Source: Lingula anatina (Eukaryota; Animalia; Brachiopoda). Taken from it: a stretch of DNA of 64,000 bases. The stretch is taken from assembly GCA_051362555.1 (NCBI GenBank), contig CM120642.1:4464001-4528000 (forward strand), written 5' to 3'. The position numbers and the translations under genes are program-made. Positions within the stretch are counted from its first letter, which is position 1. Every line of letters begins with the position of its first letter. The notes under the pieces were generated by a model. It was not told the DNA's origin and ran no database searches. It saw only the letters and a list, made by a program, of their open reading frames with translations. Below, piece after piece: positions 8,993 through 21,340 of this stretch.

Positions 8993-11830
8993 CGCCATGC
9001 ATGTCCTACTGCCCTTTCATCGAAAAAAGCTATTTTCTCGTCTTGTGGGTGGAGATATTTACCAGATATGTTTTTTTTTTTTTTGGAACGATTCCCTCTT
9101 CATAGGGGCTCGCTTAAACTAAAACCGTCCCGATGTGAACCGCCTTTAATACCATTGTGCCTTTTATCGCCATAGGTGAAGCAAACAATGTCTCACTAAC
9201 TAAGTGTGATGGTAAAAAAAAGTCATCTATGTAGGAACGCTCCGTTCCAGGTTGTCAAACAAGGTCTAGTGGACATGATGAACTTCAATGTTCATGAGAT
9301 TACCATGTTCGGGGCCTGGCTTGGCTCGGAAAGAAATGCAGCACCCAGGCTATCAGTCGTAACTGCAGATATATATACGTGTACGTCCAAACTGGTCCTC
9401 TCCGTGAGAAGGTAGAAAGTTTCCATTTGATCACCTATCCGCCGACCAAGTTTACCTGGCTCCGTGGTAGCTCCGCCGACTTGGACGCAGGCAGACAATC
9501 ACACGCGGGTTCGAGTATGAGAATGCGACTACGATATTTTTTTTTCCAGAAATAATTTGCAAAAATTGCGTTTGGTTACTATAAGAGGAAACTCGTAGGT
9601 ACGGAGGGGGGCGGGTCAGTCACGGAGCAGTCGGTAGCGTGCAAGGCTCCAAAACACAAATGCAAAACCGTCAACAACCATGGTGACGTAGAGTCACGGG
9701 TTCGAATCCCAGATGACGCACATCAGTCCACCACAACATCAGCAACATCGACGTCGAACTGGCCATGTGACCGGAAGGCCACAGGAACGAATGCAGGCTA
9801 TCGTGGGTCCGCGCAAATTACCTTTTGCATCATTAATAAAATAGTTGTTGTTACAGAGATGCATCTATGAAGATCTTACGTCTTTTTTAGTAGATTTATT
9901 TCCTAACGATATATACGGTGATTTGATATGAACCTTTTGCAGAAAGAACGGCATAGTTTACAATAAGTGATCGATTTGAAATCGACTTTTTGCTGGTCAT
10001 TATCATCAAGTCTGCATCGTCAATAATACTTCCTTTCTCTTCAATTAAAAGTCCTTAAAATGATGCTGACGAGAGGAAACTCATTGATCTCTATCTTTTT
10101 CCAGGTACGTCACAGGTCAAACTTGAATTGAGTCAATTGCTGACTCGACAATACGCCATGCATGTCATACTGCCCTTTCATCGAAAAGTGCTATTTTCTG
10201 CAAGAAAAGTTTTCATTTTTTATTTAATTTTTTTATTATTATTTATTTATTTATTTATTTATTATTATTATTTTTTTTTTTTTTTTTTTTTTTGAAAAGT
10301 TTAAAAGAAGTGTTATCGCTATTGCTTTACCCATTCATACATTCTTTTCAATGCCCTTTGCTTATCAAGCCTGTTCGTACAGTGTATGGTCAAACATTCC
10401 CCGGGGCAATTCCACAGTCTACATTTCAAATGGCAAAAACTACTCAAAACTAAAATCGTCAAGGTGTGAACCGCTTTGGATCTCAATGTGTTCTATAAAT
10501 CCTCGTGTGAAGTCAAATGTGACCTCAGTGTAACACAAAATGAAAATAAAAGCATTTGAAGTCATACAGCTAGGAACCTTGCAAGCAGGCTTATCAATAA
10601 AAGCGACCGAGGTTGAAATGATTCAGTTACTTTCCCGGTATACAGTAGACCACTTCACTTCACCCGTAAACTGCATTCAACAGAAAAAGTTGTTATCTTG
10701 TGGGCGGAGTTATTTGCCAGATACGTTTTTTTTCTCAAAATTTGCATCGTCGCAATTTATAGAATGGAAAGCGCACCAGTCTTTACATATTCGAGAGGTT
10801 TTAACTATTCCCTCTTGCTTAAACTAAAACCGTCCCGGTGTGAACCGCCTTTGATACCATTGTGCCTTTTATCGCCATAGGTGAAGCAAACAATGTCTCA
10901 CTAACTGAGTGTGATGGTAAAAAAAGTCATCTATGTAGGAAAGCTCCGTTCCAGGTTGTCAAACAAGGTCTAGTGGACATGATGAACTTCAATGTTCATG
11001 AGATTACCATGTTCGGGGCCTGGCTTGGCTCGGAAAGAAATGCAGCACCCAGGCTATCGGTCGTAACTGCAGATATATATACGTGTACGTCCAAACTGGT
11101 CCTCTCCGTGAGAAGGTAGAAAGTTTCCATTTGATCACCTATCCGCCGACCAAGTTTACCTGGCTCCGTGGTAGCTCCGCCGACTTGGACGCAGGCAGAC
11201 AATCACACGCGGGTTCGAGTATGAGAATGCGACTACAATTTTTTTTTTTTCCAGAAATAATTTGCAAAAATTGCGTTTGGTTACTATAAGAGGAAACTCG
11301 TAGGTACGGAGGGTGGGCGGGTCAGTCACGGAGCAGTCGGTAGCGTGCAAGGCTCCAAAACACAAATGCAAAACCGTCAACAACCATGGTGACGTAGAGT
11401 CACGGGTTCGAATCCCAGATGACGCACATCAGTCCACCACAACATCGACGTCGAACTGGCCATGGGACCGGAAAGCCACAGGAACGAATGCAGGCTATCG
11501 TGGGTCCGCGCAAATTACCTTTTGCATCATTAATAAAATAGTTGTTGTTACAGAGATGCATCTATGAAGATCTTACGTCTTTTTTAGTAGATTTATTTCC
11601 TAACGATATATACGGCGATTTGATATGAACCTTTTGCAGAAAGAACGGCATAGTTTACAATAAGTGATCGATTTGACATCGACTTTTTGCTGGTCATTAT
11701 CATCAAGTCTGCATCGTCAATAATACTTCCTTTCTCTTCACTTAAAAGACCTCAAAATGGTGTTGACGAGGGTAAGCTCATTGAACTCTATCTTTTTCCA
11801 GGTACGTCACAGGTCAAACTTGAATTGAGC
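8993..11830. repeat. Tandem duplication: copy 1 ~8993-10135 (internally deleted), copy 2 ~10154-11830
   Basis: About 1 kb is near-identical at an offset of ~1704 bp (e.g. identical ORFs 9292-9498 and 10996-11202). The start CGCCATGCATGTC recurs at 8993 and 10154. Confidence 0.93.
9614..9719 (+). other. tRNA-derived/Pol III-box-like segment (second copy ~11320-11424)
   Basis: D-arm-like GGAGCAGTCGGTAGCG, CTCCAAA loop-like sequence and a perfect B box GGTTCGAATCCC. The cloverleaf does not close cleanly. Confidence 0.4.
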
Positions 11831-12364
11831 TGACCCTATATCACGGGATGGTTACTGGTTTCTTGTCATACCACTCGAATACAAGTCGTTTTGCATATCA
11901 TATCAGGATATTTTTCAACGCGAATACTGCCCAGTGTTTGGTATTTGGCTTAATGTTTTGAGTTTAAACACAAAAGCGAAGTGTTATCTTAAAAGTTCAA
12001 GGAAGTGTATATAAGTTGGGCTCAAGCTACAGTGTAGGGTCAGGCCCGTCGCCAGGGGGGGGGGGGGGGGTTCGGGGGATTCGAACGTTTTTGCCAGGAA
12101 AAGGTCCATTTGGGTAAAATTTTATTTAAGTACACATAGGCTTCATTGTAAAAGGTCCACTTTATTAGAAAAATAACCACCCCTTTGAATTTGCGTACGC
12201 CATCATCGTGTTTTATATATACATGCACAAGACCTTTATTCTGTGTAGAGAGGCTGTTGGGGATGGAAAGTTACATATTAAAGATCTATTCTTAAGCACT
12301 TCAAAAGATAATCTCTCTGTTTACGTACACAGTGTCACATCTGTCATAGTACCACAATCTAACA

Positions 12365-12745
12365 GTCTAAATCATGTTATCACCTAACACACGTTATTTG
12401 TCTTGATTTAGTTTAATTCCCACGTTTGCAGCTACATATCTGACATCACTGTCACACCTAACACACTCTCCTGGTCTGAATCCTCACATGTGCAGCTACA
12501 TATCTGATATCACTGTCACACCTAACACACTCTCCTGGTCTGAATCCTCACATGTGCAGCTACATATCTGATATCACTGTCACACCTAACACACTCTCCT
12601 GGTCTGAATCCTCACATGTGCAGCTACATATCTGATATCACTGTCACACCTAACACACTTAACGGGTCTTAATCCTGACATGTCTAACTACATATCTGAT
12701 GTTACTGTCACACCTAACTCACGTGACTCGTTTTAATCCCACTAA
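12365..12745. repeat. 64-bp minisatellite, ~5-6 copies
   Basis: Unit GCAGCTACATATCTGATATCACTGTCACACCTAACACACTCTCCTGGTCTGAATCCTCACATGT starts at 12428, 12492, 12556 and 12620, with degenerate flanking copies. Confidence 0.95.
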
Positions 12746-14476
12746 TCCTACACTTGTAGCTAAAGTCAGGTGGCATTATAAATCGTTGTTGTTCTGACGG
12801 CGTTCGATAGTCGCCACTTGCTGGTGACAGTGCATACAGTAACACAGTGTAAAATGATCACGGAGTTGCATTTTGTATCCATAAATATTTCTAAACCTCA
12901 GTGTAAATCCAGAACTTCAATCAGTACATTTGGAGGATCTCCTCACTGGAATGTTTCAATAAAAGACTGTCTTGTTTATTCATCTGTTTCTTCATTTATC
13001 GCTCTTGTCCATATAGCGCCACATATTTCGGTAAGGTCATCTCCCCATACTGTCTTTATATCTTCCTTGTTTTCTGATAAAGGTGATAACGAATAAACTT
13101 ATTTCATTTTTTGAAATTTAGTTAAGCGCAGGTCAGTTTTAACTGTTCATTACACTACTAAGAATATGCGCCCTGAGTTTCACGGCGGCTTGATATGGAG
13201 CTGTTTGCCACCAATGTGGACTGTCGAATTTGGAGCAGATTTCCTCATCCTAGTTGACAAACCATATTATTTGGGAGAACAGAGACTCAGGGTACAGAAT
13301 AACGTACAGTTATATGTTCTAAGAGTTCGTTTTATTAGATCTTGGAAATATAGAGTGGACGAAAATAGCCCCATGACAAAAAAGACTGATATACTCCCAG
13401 ACCTTTGGTTCATATGTTATTGTAACCGTATTTTCCTACATGTCAGAGGTATTGGTATTATTAGCAAAGGAATTATTTATAGATAACTACTCCTTCGTTA
13501 CGATATGCTCAAGATAAACTGGCCCCGGGTACCGGCTTATGCCTGTGCCATATTTAGTTAAATATGTGCGAAGAAAAGGACGGGTCAAGTGCCGGGACTT
13601 TTAATCTCTCAGTCTTTACCTACTGATAATATCGCATGGGTCATTTTAAATATATTTATGCCTCCTTGTGGCCACGCTTTGATACCCACATATGGGAATG
13701 TCTTTCATTTTGCGATGAATATCAACTAAATATCTCATCCCTTTTTTACACTCGCGCTCGCGTGCGTGCATATATCCGTGCTTGTGTAAAAAGAGGGAAA
13801 TTAAACTGAGATCCATTATACATTAACGATTTTTTCGTAAAAGTTTTAAAATAATTCAAACATTAGAAATTGCAAGTCATGTAACAATCTAAATAATTTG
13901 TACCGGCCTACTTTTTACTTTGACTTGCTTCATCTGTAATTTGTTGATTTTTTCTTGGCGGTTTACATTTCAATAGTCTTGTAATTTATTGTTTAATCCG
14001 ACTGATTTTAGTTGAAATAGCTAAATATTAGACATAATTCTGAAACAGTTATATAAATATTAGGCACCAAGCGTCTTCGAAATCTGTTCTTTATCTTCAT
14101 CTTGTTAACCTCCATTCTATATTTAATTTCATATTTTCATTCCTGGGATCCATTCACATATTTTCTCTTCTCAAATAACCAAAGCCAGTGAGTGTGAAAT
14201 TAGAAGAACATTCATGTAACTAGTCACAGAGAATATTCAAGCATTCTTTAAGGAAATGACCAAACCGCAGTCAGGACGTGACTAGCACCTAGTCCTACTC
14301 ACTGGTCTCGCCAGTCGTGAAATTACCGTAATCATCATATTATTTTAAGGGAAAAAAATAAATTATCACACACTTATATTCATAATTTCCTATATGCCGC
14401 CGTATTTAAACACAAACAACATTGCCTCTGTCTTATTTTTCATTTCAACGTCCCCGTATCTTCACTACTATACGGC

Positions 14477-17251
14477 ATGATGAGGACAATAGCGGCATCG
14501 ACGTTTCTTTTCGTTGGGATGTTCTACCATGCAATATATAAAACCCAAGGCGGCGTTCCTGTGACGACACTAAGTGAGTGTTTTACGTGGCTATTTTTTT
14601 GATTCATTATCTTTAAAATATTTTTCATGAAAAAGTTTTAAAAAGCGATCAACCACTACAGAGTTCCCGGTGCCGAAACTAACAAAATGTGACGGATAAA
14701 TGATTAACCAATGCACAACACATGGGCTTCTTTTCCTCCCCCGCCCCTTTTTTTCTTTTTCCTTTTTCCTTTTTCTTTCTTTCTTTCTTTTTTTTTTTTT
14801 TTCTATTTTATTATTTTATTATTTTTTCACAGACTTGCATTGATATCTGTAATTCGGTTACCCCACCACTAAAATATCGAATCCATATATTTCAGACGCC
14901 CTGGCAGACTGTACGAGTGCAAGCGACGACCTGGGGATAGTCTGCACCGAGGGATCGTTGTGCGCCTTCACCCCGTGGACGGTGTTCGCCCCGAGCTTTA
15001 AGACCTGCATGTGTCTACCGGGCCTCTACCCTGTCAGGGTCCCCGACACCGAGCTGGTGGTTTGTGCCCCAGGCAAGTGCTCGATTGATCGTTTGTTTGT
15101 TTGGTTGGTTTAAAGGGGGATGAGTTAAAACGGGTGTTTGGGAGCAGGTTTTCGGGCTCTTGGGTTGGTTCAAACAACATGTACAATCTATTAGAGGTTT
15201 TTGTGACATGTCGTTCCATCATCGTTGAGCTGTTTATCATATTTGCTCAGTAGAATAACTCAATCAATCATTTATTCGTTCATTCAACCGTTTCATCCAT
15301 TATCTATTCACCAATTCACCGTTCCTATTCATTCATGCATTAACTCGTTTGTTCCTTCTTCCCTTAGTTCTCAGTTCATTAATTCACTGATCATAAATTC
15401 ATTATTTATCAATTCATTTATTAATTCATACATTATCTATCTGTTCACCTTATCTTCCTAGCCACATATTTATATATGTATATTTATTTATATATCTGTC
15501 TGTTAATCATAGTAACTGGAACGACGTGCACGACTGACCAGGACTGTTTACTGCAGACTGCAGACTGCTCAGGTGTGATAGGGGCACTAATAGGTAGCGG
15601 CTTTACGGACAGGTCACTTCTCCTCCTTCTGTCACAGGTAATAACAGGTGATAAACTAGGACCCAGGAACTAGGACTAGAGGTTATTAGACTCCTGCTAA
15701 AATGTGTCTCATTTAACGCTCACTTACGGTTCTCGATCTGTCCAAGAACATAATGTTTTCCTCTTTCAATGACAAATGTTCTTAATTTGTTCTAGGACAT
15801 TCTGATGGTCTTCCCAAAAACAGTTCTCGAACTGTTACATTTATTACCGAACAACATTAGAATAGATTGAGAACCGTAAGTGAGCGTTAAATGAGACAGG
15901 GGATAGTAAATGGGTCCTAGGTCTATAGGACCAATTGAGACATCTGAGCATATTTAGAATCTTCTCTGTGCCCTTTTTGTTTACGCACACATAAAAAAGG
16001 TTTATCAACCGTGAACTAGAAATTAACATTTACACAATTGCACCCACGTTGAACAAAATATACGTGACGTTAAACTATTAAATTCAAAAATCAATTTAAA
16101 AAAGTTAACATATGAGCAACTGTATTAAATTAAATACCTGGGTATCTCATTTCTGTAGCGTACATTTCTGTGAAAATCAAACTAGTACATTGGAGATGGG
16201 ATCAGGGATGCTGACACCAAGCGTGCATTTTAATGTATTAGGCTATATTGCATTTCTGTTTACATGTACACTGTTACAAAGCACCAGTCAATTTTGATTG
16301 GGAGGATTTTCTGATTTTATTTCACCTGTCAAACGTTGGAATACATCCTAGTCAATTATTCCAACATGGCATTAATCTAAGGTTTATATGTACTAGTAGG
16401 CGTGTTTCAAGCAGTATTAACTGAGCCAACCTGCAAAAAATATTTTATTTTCATTTTATTACCAGGTTTCCTTAATTATTTGCTCGTCGACGTTTCCTGC
16501 CGAGGTAAGCAATAACGTCACCCTGGGGGACGGCTTCCCCGTGGCCTATTCCCTGGTCTACCAAATGTATCCTCTACACAGGTGCGATGAAGTCTCCGGA
16601 CAGTGTGTCCTGCCCACTACAGGTTAGTGGTGTCAGCATGCGCTGATCTAATTGAGGATCAGTCATACGAATTGTCAAAAATTTTGTTGCCAAATATTTT
16701 GGTGTTCTGTAGTACTCTTTTAATGGATATAATTTGGGGCCTTGAGTAATCTTTTAATTTTCTTTATTTTATTCTATTACACAAACGTGTAATTGGGTTT
16801 TTATTAACGACATTGCTTTTCACGATTTAAGTGTGTTACGGTGAGAAACATTCATAAATATCGCTTTTGGTAGCACGGGTTCTCATCAAAGTATTCTCGA
16901 AGCTATGTATCTTTTGACTTATAGAGAGAAATTAATTACTGCTAAATAGGTCTACAAGTCAGTTAAGTGACCAAGGACTTTCAATTAAAGGTCGAAACAT
17001 CATGCATCATATATAGACAACACGTTAAGTCTGTTTCTATCAACAAATAATTAGGTAATTCAAACTTTAAAAAATAGTGTAAAATGGGAAATGATGCATC
17101 TTTTTTACCTCCTCCAGGTCCACAGCAGGTTCCGACCATAGATTTCCTCCTCTACGTGACAGGGTCCAATTTGATCACGGCTTCGGAGGTGTTCAACCTG
17201 AGCATTCAACAAATCTTTAACCAACTTGGCTTCACCGTAAGCCTCCCTTGA
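14477..17251 (+). CDS. Uncharacterised secreted Cys-rich protein with EGF/EB-like module, ~229 aa; exons 14477-14573, 14896-15072, 15513-15637, 16466-16622, 17118-17251
   Basis: Signal-peptide-like MMRTIAASTFLFVGMFYHAIYKTQG. Exon 2 encodes CTSASDDLGIVCTEGSLC..TCMCLPGLYP..VVC. Exon phases (1,1,0,1) join to 690 nt without stops. Intron 2 uses a GC donor (AG|GCAAGT). AATAAA lies at ~17331. Confidence 0.72.
15705..15898. mobile_element. MITE-like foldback with perfect 30-bp inverted repeats
   Basis: TGTCTCATTTAACGCTCACTTACGGTTCTC (15705-15734) and its reverse complement (15869-15898). Confidence 0.65.
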
Positions 17252-19743
17252 GACTTCGGGGACCCAGACTCCTGGTTGTCATGACGACCACGCACAGCTT
17301 TGTATTCGGTCTGTTCTCTAAGACTTTTAGAATAAACAGTGCGTTGAGGGAAAGTTTTATTTCAAAATAGTTAATTAATTAATTTATTTATTTATTGCTT
17401 AACGGGACTTGGTAATGCCCTAAACACAAATGAAGCATGGTTTTTCTGGAAACAAAAACAAAGACTATCGAGATATGACTGTGCACTCTTTGACTTTATT
17501 TTATTTATTTTTTTGATAAGTTATTAATTCATCTTTTTATTTTTTTCATGTATTTATGTCGATTTTTATTTCTCGTCTTCTTTTGACATTATTTAGACAC
17601 AGAACTGATTTTGTTGCAGCTTCATCCGAACGCGGTACATATAGTAATTTAGATTATTATTTATCTTAAGATCGTCTTTTAGACACCCACGAGAGCCTTA
17701 GTATCACAACTGTTTTTGTCTCCAGTGTAGCATTTTTACCTTCTGTCCTAGCTGAAATGCGTAGTGACCAAGGCTTAGTACTCAGCTTTCATGCAAACAT
17801 GATAAATATTTTATTCATTCATATATTTATCTATTTATTTGCATTTTGTGTTGCTCTGCGTCTGTATTCATTTTTCACGATTATTGCACACCACGTGCGT
17901 ACGCTTAATGACGCTGTATAGTAATAATATATCTTGAGAAAATAGAAATGGTTTTAAGATTGTGTGTAAGTACAACATGTGCATTTCCGCTGAATTTTAC
18001 ATTTTCTGCTGACAGTATTAACGTGTAAGGTAAAGGGGGGTTAAGAAAATACCATTTTACGACTTTACAAGGAAGTCTACAACATATCATTAAAGGGATT
18101 AAGTGAAAACAGCGCATTACATATGCTTTTTTACTGCACTGAAACTAATTTCGATTATATTTTCACACATGAACACAGGAGGAAATCATTTTCAATGTCA
18201 GCACGTTTTACCAAGTTCACCTAAGATTGTGGTCACTGTGTGGTCTGAAAGATAGATCTTTAACTATATCTCGGGTAGGTGTATTATTATGCCATTTGCC
18301 TTACTTTTCGATAAGTATAATAATGGACTACAAATACTTGCGAGTCATACTTGTCAGGGTACTTGTGGTACTTGTGTATCCAGGATTATTTGAAGGGGGG
18401 TCCGTGGATGCATGCCCCCCCCCCCCCCCCTTGGCGTGGGGCTCGGGGCCTGCTGAAGGGCCCTGAAAAATGTTGGTATTTCAGAGGGTGAACGGTGCCA
18501 TTTGGTACGGTTTAGAAATTTGATTCAGCTAGTCAAAATTCTAATTTCAAGAGGGGAACAGAAATCGAAGGGGGGGGGGGGGGAGGGCCTCCTGACCCCC
18601 CCCCCCCCTAACTCAGCCACTGAGTACCTACTCCATAACTAAAGTCGTTTGTGTAAAAACAGTTTATTTTTTGAGCAAGTGTAACAAAGTGATTGCACGC
18701 CAAGTATCAAAGTTACGTCATTCACATACCGTAACATGACATTATTTACAAATACATTTATACATTTTGATTAAACTTTTGTCAACCATTTTGCGTTGGT
18801 TCAGTAAATGAAGAATTGACTCTACAGATTATCGGCCGTAAAAGAGCGCTAAATGTAGTAATGCTGCTCGCGTAAATGACTGACTGACAATATGAAAAGC
18901 GCATTTACATATTTGAAAAACTAATTTCTATCTCAATGGTAAAATGTCTCTGTTTCTAACCAATAAAAGTATAACCTGCTAATCAATAGGATTTCATCAG
19001 ATAGAATAAAATTAAATATGAGGACGTTTAATAGACCACGGTCGCAATCCTGTGTTCTGAAATTAATGAAATGCGCAGGCACTTTCTCCGTATATTTCAG
19101 TGACAGAGAAACTGTCCAAATTTGATTACAATGTCGCAAACCTGCACCTTAATAACTGACAGGTGCGTCAATTACTGATAACATTTCTTATTAGTCAAAT
19201 GTATTAAAAATATTACAATTCACGAAGACGCAACATGAAGAAACCTACCGGAAAAAGTATTACATAAGGCTTACTAATAAATCTAAACCAACTAGAAAAT
19301 GAATAAGTAACTCGACCAGGCGGTGTGTGTAGGCCTACAAGTTAAAGAAAAACGCTTTGTCAGATGTGGGCAAATTGTCTGCTATTTGAGCAATATTTAA
19401 CTGCAATCTGCATTCAAATCCGATGACTTCTGCTTGATAAAGTAGCCATTGCTGCACGATGACTCGATGATTCTTGAGGCTTTGGAGGTGCCGTAAGCCT
19501 GCTTGTAAACTGAACGTCCTTCACTGATTCCTTCTTAAAAACATGTTTCACCTGTCCTAGGCTTAAGTTCGACGCGTGCCAGGTTTCGCTTTTCCATTTT
19601 CATATCTCCTCACGCAAAAGATTATTGGTACTAGCGGGCACATATGAAAGTGCAAAAAAGAAGCCTTGGGCACGTGTCGTCCATGAAACACAGGGTAATT
19701 TCTCCAAGTATCAGTTTTTTTTCAAATCCCACATATCATTTGC

Positions 19744-19942
19744 TTAATGGCACAACGACTGCAACAGTGCAGCTCTATTGTCTCTGATCCAGGCCTCAAG
19801 ACCGCGCAGGTTCGGGTTTAGTTTCCGTGTCAGTGTGACGCTGTTGGTCTGGTCCACGCGCTTTAAGAAATCAAACATGTTGGCCCAGTCACGTGACCAC
19901 GGCTGTCCTTGGTTTAAATTTCGGAACTCTTCCACGGTGACC

Positions 19943-19977
<35 letters not shown>

Positions 19978-21340
19978 TTTAGAGTGTAAACTCTAAAGAT
20001 ATTCAATAAACTTTAAAATGTGAAATAAAGAAAAGGACAATTAAAGTAAGAAAAAACATTTTAATTATTTGCTTGCCCACTTAAAATAAAATAGCACTCC
20101 AAAACAAAACTATAACTGATGAGTAGGTGACCTTTTCACACGAGATCTATATGTCACATACAATAAATAATACTCGAAACATGTATCTTACTTGTTTGTC
20201 TATGAAGCTCTTCCCAAGCTGTCTGCCGAACATTTGTGCCATTTCTTTGATGGTTGTCTTCTCTCCGCTCAGTGATATCGTCTTGTCCATAAACTGTCCG
20301 GCATGGTTAAACAACTGGTGAACCACGGGGCCTAGATCCTCAACACTCATCATATCCAGGGGGATGTGGCCCATTGGTATCACTGAAATAAAAAAGGAAC
20401 ACGGAAATTGAGTCAGTTGTTTATTTTTAGTGAGATTCGATGTTGATTTTTATCCCCCTACGTACTTTAGGCGTAATTGAAAACATTTACGAATCGTGCA
20501 TTTACTGTAGCTGCTAGTTAAGCGCGTAAACTTGTGTTTAAATCTTTAAGATAAATTATTATGGATCACGCATTCAGTGTTAAATGCTTTCAAAAGTTGC
20601 TTCCTTTCCATTATACTACTCAGTATCAGTTTCCCACTCGACTTAAATGCTTACTATCTTCGGCATTCAATCTAAGGATGAAATTATTAATTGAAAACCA
20701 TAATGTTGTTTTACTGATAATGGAGACAAAAACATATCGACCTCTTAACTTTCATTCAAACACTAATTGTTAGAAATATGAAATGAAAATATCGAAATGT
20801 AACAAGATACCAACACTTACCTAAACTATAGTGATCATGGCCTTCTCGCATCGGTCTTAGTCTATCAAAAAACTCCTCATAATATAGCGGCATGATCACT
20901 GACGTCACAGGAAGACCACGTGACTTCATGTAGCCCTCCACTTGGGCTTTTGCCACCATATTCCGTGCGTTAATCCCAAGGACATTCATAATGTTTATCT
21001 GTGTATGGTAAACTATATGTTGGATCTTCACCTCCAGGCAGGCATCGGCTATGTTCATACCTTGCTCAACTTCAATGTCTGCACAAAAAGGGTTACTAAG
21101 ATCAGTGAACGTCGTGACGTAACAGCCATAAGCGCCCTTTAGGGCATTAACAATATTTTGCCTGTCGTTTAAATCCACTTGGACGACTTCCAGGCCTTGT
21201 GAGGCAAGTTCGCGTGCTTTTGTGCTGCTGGCGTCTCTCGTTAACGCCCTGACCTTGTAAGTTGGGTCCCTGGACAGAGTTTTGATGACGGAGGCTCCCT
21301 GGCGCCCCGTGGGGCAGAAGACGGCTATCACCTTCACCAT
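19744..21340 (-). CDS. NMRAL1-like: NmrA-like family (NMRAL1/HSCARG-like) paralogue A; exons 21340-20821, 20382-20192, 19941-19744
   Basis: VIAVFCPTGRQGASV..YKVRALTRD..GAYGCYVTT..EQGMNIADA..IPMGHIPLDMMSVEDLG..LTRKLNP. Canonical splice sites join in phase. A probable 5' UTR exon ends at the donor near 24481. Confidence 0.9.

Noticed and set aside
9614-9719. Functional tRNA-Trp gene
   Set aside because: The acceptor and anticodon stems do not pair convincingly, so it is kept only as tRNA-like.
9206-11567. Duplicated short ORFs in the tandem duplication
   Set aside because: They recur only because the DNA is duplicated, and they show no domains or coherent splice structure.
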